Source: Malacoraja senta (taxonomy: Eukaryota). From it: a stretch of DNA of 64,000 bases. Each line of letters begins with the position of its first letter. Position 1 is the stretch's first letter. Made by a program: the position numbers and the translations under genes. Below are positions 51,100-64,000 of the stretch, piece after piece. The stretch spans positions 124,001 through 188,000 of the forward strand of contig JAXLNO010003819.1 in assembly GCA_038087875.1 (NCBI GenBank). Direction: 5' to 3'. The notes beneath the pieces are model-generated. The model ran no database searches. It saw nothing but the letters and a program-made list of their open reading frames with translations, and was not told where the DNA came from.

Positions 51100-52740
51100 G
51101 GTGGATTGTAAAAGCGTCTTTAGGTATGTGATGAGGAAAAAATAGTTAAGACCATAGTTGGACCCTTGAAGACTGAACAGGGTCAATTTATTACGGGGTA
51201 CAAGGAAATGGCAAATGAGTTGGACAGGTACTTTGGATCCGTCTTCACTAAGGAGGACAGAAACAATCTTCCAGATGCACTAGCCGGATGATCTGGGGTG
51301 ACGGAGTAACTGAAGGAAATCGACAATTGGCAGGAAATGGTGTTGGGTAGACTGATGCGATTGAAGGCTGATAAATCCCCAGCGCCTGATGATCTGCATC
51401 CCAGGGTAGATAAGGAAGTGACTCTAGAAATCGTGGACGCATTGGTGATCATTTTCCAATGTTCTATAGGTTCAGGATAGGTTCCTGTGGATTGGAGTGT
51501 AGCTGATGTTATCACACTTTTTAAGAAAGGCGGGAGAGAGAAAACAGTGAATTATAGATCAGTTAGCTTGACATCGGTGGTAGGGAAGATGCTGGAGTCA
51601 ACTATGTAAGATGAAATGGCGGCTCATTTGAAGAGAAGCAACAGGATCGGTACGAATCAGCATGGATTTACGAAGGGGAAATCATGCTTGACTAATCTTC
51701 TGGAATTTTTTGAGGATTTAACTAGGAGAATGGACAAGGGAGAGCCAGAGGATGAAGTGCACCTGGACATTCAGAAAGCATTTGATAAAGTCCCACATTG
51801 GAGATTAGTGGGCAAAATTAGGGCACATGGTATTGGGGGTAGAGTGCTGACATGGATAGCAAATTTGCTCATGTTACTTTGATTCCCTTCATCCAAATCA
51901 TTTATGTATATTGTAAATAACTGCGGTCCCAGCACCGACCTTGCGGTACCCAACTTTTCACTGCCTGCCATTCCGAATGGGACCCGTTAATCCCTACTCT
52001 TTGTATCCTGTCTGCCAAACAATTTTCCATCCATGTCAGCGCTCTACCACCAATACCATGTGGCCTAATTTTGCCCACTAATCTCCTGTGGGACCTTATC
52101 AAATGCTTTCTGAATGACCAGGACACTACATCCACTGGCTCTCCCTTGTCCATTTTCCTACTTCCATCCTTAAAAAAATTCCAGAAGATTAGTCAAGCAT
52201 GATTTCCCCTTCGTAATTCCATGCTGACTCGGACCGATCCTGTTACTGCTAACCAAATGTGCCGCTATTCTTTTATAATTGATTCCAGCATCTACCCAAC
52301 CACCGATGTCAGGCAAACTGGTCTATAATTCCCTGTTTTCTCTCTGCCGCATTTCTTAGAAAGTGGGATAACATTAGCTACCCTCCAATCCACAGGAACT
52401 GATCCTGAATCTAGAGAACATTGGAAAATTATCACCAATGCATCCACAATTTCTAAGCCACTTCCTTAAGTACCCTGGGATGCAGACTATCAGGCCTTGG
52501 GGATTTATCAGCCTTCAGTCCCATCAGTCTACAGAACACCATTTCATGCTTAATGTGGATTTCCTTCAGTTCATTTGTCACCCCAGATCCCCTGGCCACA
52601 TCAAGAACATTGTTTGTGTCCTCCATAGTGAAGACGGATCCAAAGTACCTGTTCAACCCATCTGCCATTTCCTTGTTCCCAATAATAAATTCACTTTTTT
52701 CAATCTTCATGGTCCAACCTTCAAGGATGTAGTTTAGGCA
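51100..52740. mobile_element. Opposed CR1 ORF2 fragments, paralog of 17060-18700
   Basis: Same junction gacatggatagc|aaatttgctcatg as at about 17820. Confidence 0.85.
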
Positions 52741-54539
52741 GGTATTGTCGCAACGTTTAAGAAATATTGCGACAGGTACATAGATAAGATATGTTAAGAG
52801 GAATATGGGCCATTCGTATGCAGGTGGGTGTGCAGATGGGATACGTTGGTCATCGCGGGCAGTATGGGCCGGAGGACTATGTTTCACGCTGTATTACACT
52901 AGAACTCTATGCCAAGTTCGAAGAACAAATCACCTTCCGCTTGTGCAAGCCACACGTTTCTGGAGTTAACATCCGAGTCTTCAACGTTACTATATCTCTC
53001 TTCCTCCTCATTTGGAAGAAAATTCGGCATATCGCCGACTGTCTTGATTATATTGCCTCTCGTGAAATGTCTACTCACAATATCGTTCGCTCCAGAGAAC
53101 TAAAATATCCTGACCTATACAGTCTCTCTCGGAATTGAACGTCTCCAGTCCTGGCAAAAACGTTTTCATTAATACTCTGCCACTCCCCACATTAATGGTA
53201 TCAATGCTAACATATTGCGATCTGAAGAGCATCGCACGTGCTGTCTCGCCAACGTCCTATACCAGATGTTTGAACTCCACCTATACCCAACTGCGTGGGA
53301 CTCCCGCAGTGAAATAAGGCCACACCTCATGCTGGCTTAGGGAAGAAAAAAACCCTACCATCCACATTCAAATTTACTCGCATTTGTTGTAAGCAGTTCG
53401 TTCATGAACAAGATGGAGAAATGGCCCTCTTTCCGTGCTGTGTAACATGCAACTACCACTTACAGTGAGAGTTCGTTCAATATACCTGCCCCGCCCACGA
53501 GGAAGAGTTGACGCTGCGCCCCTTTAAATATTTACCGTCTCATTTGGTACTTTTGCCCTCTTTTAGAGACGTATATCCGAGGAACAAAACAATATACCTC
53601 CACTGATCATCACCGTGTCTTATTTTAGCCCTCCATAACTCCTCATTGTTTTGTTCGCTGCAGAGGGAAAACGCTTCTGCATTATCCTGTCCATCTTACA
53701 ATTCACTCCGCCCAATATTAGTACCAGTATTGTGAATAGAGTTGCATACTCCCTAGTTTAAATGGATCCTTAATGAATTATTTCGAAAAATAATATCCCT
53801 CCTCCTGTGCTGTACTGCTCTGTGAAGTTTTTTTTCTGTGAATTGCTTAGTTTGAGTGCACAAAACATGACACTTCTTTCTTAGGACACGACTTTCTTCA
53901 GAATGATCTATTCCCAAACATGTACCACCGGTCAGACTCCCCTTAACCGATTCAGTCGGCTCTATCATCTTGCACATCAACATTCTTGATATCTCCAACT
54001 TATCAATGCATTGAGATTATTTCGCCCTAATATCTGAAACAACATCAAAATCAGTTCACCTCTCGTTTTTATGAAATAACACATTACTTTCAAGATAACC
54101 TGTAGATCAAGAACATTTCTTGTCGATATTTATTTCTGGTCAGTTTCCTCGTTACACATAATATTTGCATATTATTTACTTCAAGAAATGCCAGCAGTTG
54201 AAAGATAGTAATGCTGCTGTTGTAGCTGAATTGGATAAGATGTCGTCTAGAAGGTTGCTGTGATTGACATCATTTGGACCCTGCCCAAGAATGATTCCAT
54301 TTTCTTTTGAAAATGAGCTGCACGGGGAATCCAGGATCAAATTATTAATGGGTGCATGTTAAGTGAATGGAACCGTCTCTGGAAAATGCATTACAAATGC
54401 TACAAATAAAATACTGTATTATATCGCAGCATATGTGGATAAATGGTATATGACATGTATTTTGCTGCATTAAATTTTTTTATTTTTGTATTTAATTTTA
54501 TTTTTTTAATATTAATTTTATTTTTAATATTAATTTTAT

Positions 54540-57500
54540 TTTTAATGTACTTCCCCCTAGTCCCATCTACCTGCACTCAGACCATAACCCTTCATTCCTT
54601 TCCCGTCCATATACCCATCCAATCTATTTTTAAAGGATAACATCGAACCTGCCTCCACCACTTCCACTGGAAGCTCATTCCACACGGCTACCAATCTATG
54701 AGTAAAGAAGTTCCCCCTAATGTTACCCCTAAACTTCTGTCCCTTAATTCTCAAGTCATGTCCCAGGCAACATTCTAGTAAATCTCCTCTGTACTCTCTC
54801 TATTTTGTTGACATCCTTCCTATAATTAGGCGACCAAAATTGTACTCCATACACCAGAATTGGCCTCACCCATGCCTTGTACAATTTTAACATTACATCC
54901 CAACTTCTATATTCAATGCTCTGATTTATAAAGGCCAGCAGACCAAAAGCTTTCTTTACCACCTGAGATTCCACCTTCAGGGAACTATGCACAGTTATTC
55001 CTAGATCCCTCTGTTCAACTGCATTCTTCAATTCGCCACCATTTACCATGTACGTCCTATTTTGATTTGTCCTGCCGTGATGTAGCACCTCACATTTGTC
55101 AGCATTAAACTCCATCTGCCATCTTTCAGCCCAGTCTTCCAAATGGCCTAAATCTCTCTGTAGACTTTGAAAATCTACTTCATTATCCACAACACCACCT
55201 ATCTTAATATCATCTGCATACTTACTAATCCAATTTTCCACACCATCATCCAGATCATTGATGTACATGACAAACAACAGTGGACCCAACTCAGACCCCT
55301 GAGGCACCCCACTAGTCACCGGCCTCCAACCTGACAAACAGCCATCCACCATTACTCTCTGGCATATCCCATTCAGCCACTGTTGAATCCATCTTGCTAC
55401 TCCACCATTAATACCCAACAATTGAATCTTCTTAACCAACCTTCCATGAGGAACCTTGTCAAAGGCCTTACTGAAGTCCATATAGACAACATCCACTGCT
55501 TTACCCTCATCAATTTCCCTAGTAACCTCTTCGAAAAATTCAAGAACATTAGTCAAGCATGACCTGCCAGGCACAAATCCATGTTGACTGTTCCTAATCA
55601 GACCCTGGTTATCCAGATGCTTATATATATTATCTTTAAGTATCCTTTCCATTAATTTGCCCACCACTGACGTCAAACTAACAGGTCTATAATTGCTAGG
55701 TTTACTCTTCGAACCCTTTTTAAACAACGGTACGCCAATCCTCCGGCACTTTTCCCGTTTCTAATGACAATTGAAATATTTCTGTCATAGCCCCTGCTAT
55801 TTCTACACTAACCTCCCTCAATGTCCTAGGGAATATCCTGTAAGGACCTGGCGACTTATCCGTTTCCATATTTTTCAAAAGTGTCCGCACCTTCTCTTCT
55901 TTGAATCTCACAGTTTCCATTGCTACTCTGCTTGTTTCCCTTACCTCACATAATTCTATACCCTTCTCCTTGGTGAATACCGAAGAAAAGAAATTGTTGA
56001 ATATCTCCCCCATCTCTTTTGGCTCTGCAGATAGCTGTCCACTCTGACTCTCTAATGGACACATGTTATTCCTTATTATCCTTTTGCTATTAATATAGCT
56101 GTAGAAACCCTTTGGATTTACTTTCACCTTACTTGCCAAAGCAACCTCATATCTTCTTTTAGCTTTTCTAATTTCTTTCTTAATATACTTTTGACATTCT
56201 TTATACTCCCCAAGCACCTCAGTTACTTCATGCTGCCTATAATTATTGTAGATCTCTCTCTTTTTCCGAACCGTGTCCAATTGCCCTTGAAAACCATGGC
56301 TCTTTCCAATTTTTACTATTTCCTTTCAACCGAACAGGGACATAAAGATTCTGTACTCTTAAAATGTCACCCTTAAATGTCCTCCATTTCTCTTCTACAT
56401 CCTTCCCATAAAACAACATGTCCCACTTCACTCGTTTTAAATCCTTTCGCATCTCCTCAAAGTTAGCCTTTCTCCAATCAAAAATCTCAACCCTAGGCCC
56501 AGTTCTGACCCTCTCCATAGTTGTATTGAAACTAATGGTATTGTGATCACTGGACCCGAAGTGCTCCCCGACGCATACCTCCGCCACCTGCCCTGACTCA
56601 TTTTCAAACAGGAGGTCGAGCACTACCCCTTCTCTAGTAGGGACCTCTGTGTATTGCTGCAAAGAACTATCCTGCACACATTTTACAAACTCCAAACCAT
56701 CCAGCCCTTTTACAGAATGTGTTTCCCGGTCTATGTGTGGACAATTGAAATCTTCCACAATCACTACCTTGTGCTTACTACTAATATCTGCTATCTCCTT
56801 ACATATTTGCTCTTCCAATTCTCGCTCCCCATTTGGCGGTCTATAATACACCCCTATAAGTGTTGCTACACCTTTCCCATTTCACAGTTCCACCCAAATA
56901 GCCTCCCTAGACGAGCCCTCTAATCTATCCTGCCAAAGCACTGCTGTAATAACTTCCTTGACAAGCAATGCAACACCCCCACCTCTTGCCCCTCCAATTC
57001 TATCACCCCTGAAGCAACGAAATCCTGGATTATTTAGTTTCCAATCACAGCCCTCTTGCAACCATGTTTCACTGATCGCCACAACATCATACTTCCAGGT
57101 GTCAATCCAGGCTCTAAGCTCATCCACCTTTCTTACAATGCTCCTAGCATTAAAATATACACATTTAAGAAACCCATCACCACTTATTCTCTGTTTATTA
57201 TCTTTTTCTTCTTTGTCCCCTACATTTTGGGTCCGAGTGCTTCCCTTCTATGCCTCCTGCCTCCCACATTTTCCACTAGCTTTCGCTATTTGAGTCCCTC
57301 CCCCCAACCGTTCTAGTTTAAAGTCTCCCTAGCAGCCTTTGCCAATCTCCCCGCCAGGATATTGGTCCCCCTCGGGCTCAAGTGCAACCCGTCCTTTCTG
57401 TACAGGTCACACCTTCCCCAAAAGAGGTCCCAATGATCCAAAAATTTGAATCCCTGCCCGATGCACCAGTTCCTCGGCCACGCAATTATCCTCCACCTCA

Positions 57501-57637
57501 TTCCATTCCTACTCTCACCGTCGCTTGGCACAGGTAGTAATCCTGAGATTGTTACCTTTGCGGTCCTTCTCCTTAACTCTCATCTGAACTCCCTAAATTC
57601 TCCTTTCAGGACATCTTCTCTTTTTCTACCTATGTCG
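54540..57637 (-). mobile_element. CR1-clade (HER1-like) LINE, paralog of 20490-25680, without the nested CR1
   Basis: ORFs 57313-57531, 56243-57127, 55720-56280 and 54756-55727 are colinear; short deletion near 54760. Confidence 0.9.
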
Positions 57638-58111
57638 TAACATATGTTATCACTAATTCTCACTGATTAAGGTATGTTCATTAGAAAGTCGTGTATCCAA
57701 TCGCAAGCTGGAGTGCTGATCGCTAGGCTCGGGAGTTTATCAATGTGTTTGGAAGGGAGTAGTGTAGAAGGCAAGTGCTCCAGCGGAGAATTGGGAATCT
57801 AACGTTCGACTCCTTCCTGCCTGGCTGTTGGAGAGACGGGTTTAGGTCCAGGACGATGGCGTCTGATGCGGAACTGCTGCTGCAATATGCAGTCTGCGGT
57901 TCATCAAAGGCGGCTGGGAGAGGGCTCACGCTACCTGCGTATACCGCTGATAGCTAATGCGCACATCTCCTTAGCACGCATTGAGGGATTGCAAGTAGAG
58001 CAGTCGTTTTCGACCAAATAAACAAAGCGTACCAAAAATTTACCCCCACCCCAAATTAGCATCGCGTTTCCCTTCCATGTAACGACAGTTTCCTCTTTTC
58101 TACTCCCCCAG

Positions 58112-59025
58112 TGAACTTGTTGGCGATTGTGATCCTGTCCCGCTGAAATTGTGGTCTCTCAAAATGCACCACTCGTTACCTGGTGGCCATGGCGGCGGTG
58201 GACCTCTCAGTGATTGTCTGCGAAGTGATATTACATCGGATTGCCGACGTTTACTGGTGGCGCACATTCTTATTCCACAATACTGTGTGCAGGTGCATTA
58301 TGTTCCTCGCTCCCGCCGCCGTTGCCTGTTCGGTTTGGCTCACGGTCGCTTTCACATTTGATCGCTTTGTGGCCATTTCCACTCAAAATCTGAGAACCAG
58401 ATACTGCACCGAAAGAACCGCGCTGGTGGTTATAGTGACCCTAACTGCGTCATTCTGTTTACAGAACGCTCCGTGGGCTTTTGCGTACATTTATTATCTC
58501 AGGGATCAGCAGGGTATACTGTGGGGTTGCCGAATGCGATATCACTTTTATGTCCTGCCATCGTGGATAGCATTTTCCTGGACTCAACAGCTGCTAATCC
58601 CAGTCATTCCATTTTGTTTGATTATGCTTATGAACATGCTCACTGTCAGACGCATTTTAGTGGCCAGTCGTGTCCGCAGAAAACTCCGCAATCTCAGTAC
58701 CGAGGACCCCGGAATCGCAAACCGCAGACGGTCCGTAATTTTACTCTTAGCAATTTCCAGCTGTTTTATGCTGCTCTGGGGCACAAATGTGGCATATTTC
58801 GTTTTGTATCGATGTACGAACGCATTTTGGTTCAGAGGGTTGAAGAACCCATTTGCAACATTTGAACAAACTGGAATTATGCTACAACTGTTGAACACCT
58901 GCACAAACACGCTCATTTACACCGTGACCCAGAGGAGGTTCAGAGAGCAGCTGCTCCAGGTACTCAAATGCCCCTTCACCCTAACTGTAAGTTGAATAAA
59001 ATCGAGAAAACCTGGTGTAAAATAA
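58112..59025 (+). pseudogene. GPCR copy B4: exon 2 only, nonsense mutations
   Basis: Exon 1 absent; AGA>TGA at 58144-58146; second premature TGA at 58993-58995. An internal-ATG product would lack TM1. Confidence 0.88.
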
Positions 59026-59029
59026 CATT

Positions 59030-62000
59030 ACAATAATAATCGCTTCGTGAGTGAGTGCAAAAACTATGTAATGAAGGAGTTTTCTCTGAAATCTTTCCGC
59101 ATCAATTTTCAAAAAAATAGCTGAGAAATACAATGTGAACGCGTTCCCTGCATTGGAATGCATATTTGGCCATCTATTTAACATGCGACACGGGCGCGTT
59201 GTTCAAAGTGTCCAGTGGGGAGGGCGGCCCTGTGGAACCGATTTCTATGTTGTACTGGAGCAGACCTCCAATGTTTCCGGAATTGAGCCTCGCCGTTAAC
59301 TGTTTCCACCTTCCTTTGAATCCAGCGGCAAAGTCTCCAGCACGCAATGAAAACAGACATAGAGTTATGGACATAAACATTTCATGCTCCATTACTCTAC
59401 TCTTCTTTCAGACGTTCCATGGTTACGTATGTAAGTGCCCAGTGCACAAATGTGTTTAATAAAATTCTTGCTGCAACATTTACGTTAATGAGAGTTCGAT
59501 TTTATTTTTGCTTCTCGCACTCAATGTAATGCCTCATTGCACCTTACAGAGGCTTTCGGTTTTCATCACAATTATTAACTCTGGACTAGATGCAGCCAAA
59601 GGTAGTGGGTGCTATTCATACAAGTTGGCATTACTAATTATATTTTAATGGAAGCAGAGTGTAACAAGCGAGTGTCCAGTAGAGGGCGGTAAAGTGAGTA
59701 GGTTCACCTGTGTGGTAAAGATATTCTGAATCGATTTGCATTAATGTCCCACCTCCATTGATGCAGCGCCGACGCTGGAGCTCTGCCGAGGCGAAGTAGC
59801 TAAATTCTGCGTACCAGTACATATCTGTTTTGAGCGGTTGCATCGTTTGCATCATTTATCGCTCTCATTGTACGCATCACGGAGATGAAGAAGCGCAAAG
59901 GATTGCTTCTCCGTCTTGAGAGCATTTCTTGTCGGGTAGGCGACGTATCGGCTGTTTAGTGACCTGCAGCGAAAAAAATGGAGACTGATGAACTAACATT
60001 TTATCGACATATAAACTGATAACAAAAGTATTTTTGGGACAAAATTAATTTTCCTTCAGTTGTTTGTGCCAGTTTTGATATCCATTGGGATCAGTGTCCA
60101 TTTGTGACGTGGCGCCACCTTCCACAGCAATCTTTTCTGAATCTGATTTACCAACAAACCCTCCATCCGTAGAATCCAGCCGCCACGCCTCCAAATGAAT
60201 GGCAATAGCTCTACTATTCCGGTCCTCGATTCTTCCCCATCATCACACTGTTCTTCTCTAAACCCATCTCTGATTGCTCATGTAAGTACTCATTGATATA
60301 ATGAGATTACAATGTACATTAAAGATTCACTCCTCACCAGTTGCATCCAACGGTAGCGGATGGTGTTTATTCAAGCAAGGGAATCTAATAATATTTTAAG
60401 GAAGCAGAGTCTAGTAGTCGGGGCGGTAAAGGGAGAAGGTTCGCTTTTCTGATTGGTCATATTCCAAATTGGTCTGGCATGTATCTCCCGAGCCACTACC
60501 ACAGCGCAGACGCTGAGGTTCTGCAGAGGCTAAGAGAGTAGAATAAAAACAAGAGGAAAACGCTCGAAAGGAAGCTTCTCAGAATCGAGTGCATCTCGGG
60601 TAGGACTCCGCAGTTGGCCAGACATTGTGAAAAATGGAGAAGGCTTCCAATTAAAATGTAACTGATTACGAAGAATAATGGATCTTCAGCTGTTTGTGCC
60701 AGCTAAGATATTCACGAGGATCAGGGTTGATTGGTGACTTTTGTCTTGGCGGCAACTTCTGCACAAATCTTTCCATAACATAATTTACATTCCTTCATAC
60801 TTTGAATGCAAGAGCAAGCCTTCAGCTCTCAATGGCAATAGGTCCACAATTCCGTTCCTCAACCGTTCCATGCCCATCACACTTTTCTTTTTGTGGCCAT
60901 CTATGATTTTCTATGTAAGTGCCCAGACCACAATTCTTGATAACCTTCTTGGAGACTGCTTCTCCCACATTCGTGCAATAATATGTCTATACACACACAT
61001 ATATTCCATTTGGAGATACAGCGCGGAAACAGGCTCCTCGACACAGCGAGTCCGCGTTGATCAGCGATTCCCGCACACTAACACCATCCTACACATTGCG
61101 GATAATTTAACATTTTTACCGAAACCAATTAACCTACAAACCGATACGTCTTTGGAGTATTCGAGGAAACCGGAGCACCGGATAAAAGCCTACGGGGAGA
61201 ACGGACAACGGGTCACGCGGATAACGGACAAACTCCGTGCAGGCAACTACAGTGGTCAGGATCAAATCCGGATCTCTGACGGTTTAGGACAGCATCACTG
61301 CCTCTGCGGCACCCCTGCGGGTTTGATAGTAAACAATGTTATGGAAAGATTTTTGCAGAAGGTGATGCCAAGTGACAAGTCATAAATCAACCCTGATCAT
61401 ACATAGTAATATATATAGTAATATATATAAACATAAATATTTTAAAAATATGGTAATACATATAAAAATAATTGTTATAATAATATATACAAATATAATA
61501 ATATATACAAATAATATTAGGGAATACTATTTATTGTCATACAAAACAGACATGGTTCGTACGAAATGTATAATTGTATATATTATTATAATATTTATTT
61601 TAATATATTTATATATATATTTAAATGGATGGATGGAGATATTAACAGAGGACATCGCATCAGGCGTTAAACAGATTAAATGCTTTTGGCGGAATGTCAC
61701 AATTCTAGAATCGTTTTGGCATTACGAGAACGCACAGAAGGAAGAGCAGTTCTCAGCAAAGTGTGTGGAGGCTTCTCTGAACTGCTGACAAGAGTTCACT
61801 TCAAATACTTCCAGCTGACTCACTAGATGTTTTTCTCACACAGAAGACGGAATGTTGCTCGAAAGCAAATATCTATATTGCTCTCTGGGTATTACTTCCC
61901 CGATTTAATCAAATCCCTGCTAGGTTTTGTTTGCAATTGCAAAACAACACACTTCCCACATTATTCCGTGGCCCATGGACCGACCCTTTACCCAACCGTC

Positions 62001-64000
62001 CATTTACTGTTCTCTCTTGAGTCCTCCCTTCATCTTTGCAATCTCTGAGTATCGGACATAACGCGGTTCCTAGAATGTACGCTCTATTCGCTAACAAAAT
62101 CAACCAAATACTTAATTTTAAACAAACAAATCACATGAGATGAGCGTTAGTGGGAATAGTACGTTATCAGCAATGGTCTCTCCAACGTGCATCACTTTCC
62201 AATGAGGACAATAGAAACATAGAAACATAGAAAATAGAAGCAGGAGGAGGCCGTTGGGCCCTTCGAGCCAGCATCGCCATTCACTGTGATCATGGCTGAT
62301 CGTCCGCAATCAATAACCCGTGCCTGCCTTCTCCCCATATCCCTTGATTCCACTAGCCCCTAGAGCTGTATCTAACTCACTCTTAAATCCATCCAGTGAC
62401 TTGGCCTCCACTACCCTCTGTGGTAGGAAATTCCACAAATTCACAACTCTCTGGGTGAAAACGTTTTTCTCACCTCAGTCTTAAATGGCTTCCCCCTTTA
62501 TTCTAAGACTGTGGCCCTTGCTTCTGGACTCGCCCAACATTGGGGACATTTTTCCTGCATCTAACTTATCCAGTCCTATTATGATTTTATATGTTTCTAT
62601 AAGCCCCCCCCCCCGCCTCATGCGTATAAACTCCAGTGAATACAAGCCTAGTCTTTTCAATCTTTCCTCATATGACAGTCCCTCCATCGCAGGGATCAAT
62701 CTCGTGAACCTACGCTGCACTGCCTCAATCAGAAGGATGTCCTTCCTCAAATTAGGAGACCAAAACTGTACACAATACTCCAGATGTGGTCTCACCAGAG
62801 CCCTATACGACTGCAGAAGAAACTCTTTACTCCCAGACTGAAATCCTCTTGTTATGAAGGCCAACATTCCATTATCTTTCTTGTAATTGTAAACCAGCAT
62901 TTTCGGTTCCTTGTTGCTGCAGATGCAACAGCTGATTTTACACCTGCTCTATTCCCACAATTCATGCCAGTTGAAATCTATGGGGAACCATACGAAGTTG
63001 GGGGGCGATGAACGGGCGAGGAGAACGTCCATACATTTAATATTTCAGGTAAAGGATTTAGTGTAGTTGATGTTCGGAGAATGGTTTCACAGTGGAGAGA
63101 AACCAGGGAGGGATTGGGATGAGGTGTGGCGGGTGGGAGTTACATGGAAACAGCCCCGTCGAGTCAACACCGCCACCGATTACCCGTCCACAACCATTTC
63201 CATGTTATCTCAGTTTCGCACGACTCTCCCCATACGAGGGGGAATTTTCAGAGGGCTGATCAACCTACAAACCCGCATGCCTTTAGGACGTGGGCTCAAA
63301 CCGGGACACCCGGAGTTAACACACGCGTTCTCATGCAGATTGCCCAGCAGCACCCGAGTTCAGGATCACACACGTCTATCTGGAGCTGTCAGGTAGCAGC
63401 TCTACCAGCCGCGCCACTGTGTATTCCGCTAATAGTGGGCGGTTTCCTTCGGCTGCTCCAGTGTCTTTCCACGAAGGATGGCGAGAATCTATCTGCCATT
63501 GCCGCGTGGAAAGTAGTATCATCGGTTGGAGTTGATTGGCAGATGAAATTCAGAGATTTGCAATAGTAAGTAACAAGAATGAGATTCGAGGGATTGCTCA
63601 GAGCCGGCTTTAATTCCTCCTGCAGGGCAAGGAAAAGATGTGAAATCCCCTAAATTTATTTTCTCCGCCGATGTCGCCTGAGATTTGTATAGCTTCAAAT
63701 TTGAGTTGGGTACTCTCTCCCCAAATCCTCTTCGCTCCAGACTCTAGTATCCCGATTACACCATACGGCAAACACATCCTGTCATTTGGGTCTTGGGTCC
63801 TGATATTTAGTTGACAGCGATGTACATGTTGTTCAATTTGAGGAATTCGCTGGGGCTGCTGGTTTCCGCTCAAGGGTAATTTCACGGTTGTTCACAGCTC
63901 ATTCTGATTTATTGGCCCCCACATCCTGCTGTACGTTCGGCTCCTCTCTCTTTCTCGCGCTCTTTCCACCTCCGTCGACCCACCCACGGCCCCTCGGTCC
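59030..64000 (+). repeat. Segmental duplication of about 4685-10078 (downstream block)
   Basis: Colinear with the flank of A1 except for the CR1 at 5900-6717 and the 8460-8718 replacement; the window ends at the paralog of about 10075. Confidence 0.93.
62210..62880 (-). mobile_element. CR1 3' fragment
   Basis: ORF 62481-62900 and a catagaaacatagaaaat tail near 62215. Confidence 0.85.

Larger units (their letters stand above)
49603..59900 (+). repeat. Segmental duplication of about 14238-27797 (spacer block plus B-type gene block)
   Basis: Shares the spacer, CR1 fragments, LINE insertion and exon-1 loss with the first copy. Confidence 0.92.

Noticed and set aside
61372-61788. 138-aa Ile/Tyr/Asn-rich ORF
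   Set aside because: Translation of an AT-rich low-complexity tract.
43903-64000. The second repeat unit as an uncollapsed alternate haplotype
   Set aside because: Copies differ by distinct insertions, large deletions, block order and many substitutions, which fits true paralogy; read depth would be the decisive test.

Overview
Eukaryotic, repeat-dense genomic DNA, most likely from a cartilaginous fish (skate/ray-like, inferred from HE1-type SINEs and CR1 LINEs with (CATAGAAA)n tails). The window is a tandemly duplicated array of four class A orphan GPCR genes of the family usually annotated GPR139-like in elasmobranchs. Two copies are intact two-exon genes (2825-4678 and 46743-48595, 327 aa; the short first exon is not in the ORF track). 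Two are pseudogenes (26152-27040, 58112-59025) whose first exon was replaced by a LINE insertion. Between the two higher-order repeat units, on the minus strand, lies an apparently complete germline T-cell receptor V alpha/delta-type segment: leader exon, intron, V exon and a 22-bp-spacer RSS (39636-40139). The rest is CR1, L2, Rex1-type and L1 LINE fragments, SINEs, an internally deleted Gypsy element, and duplicated unidentified blocks. Most ORFs in the supplied track are retroelement fragments or antisense shadows. All similarity statements are by eye, not computed.
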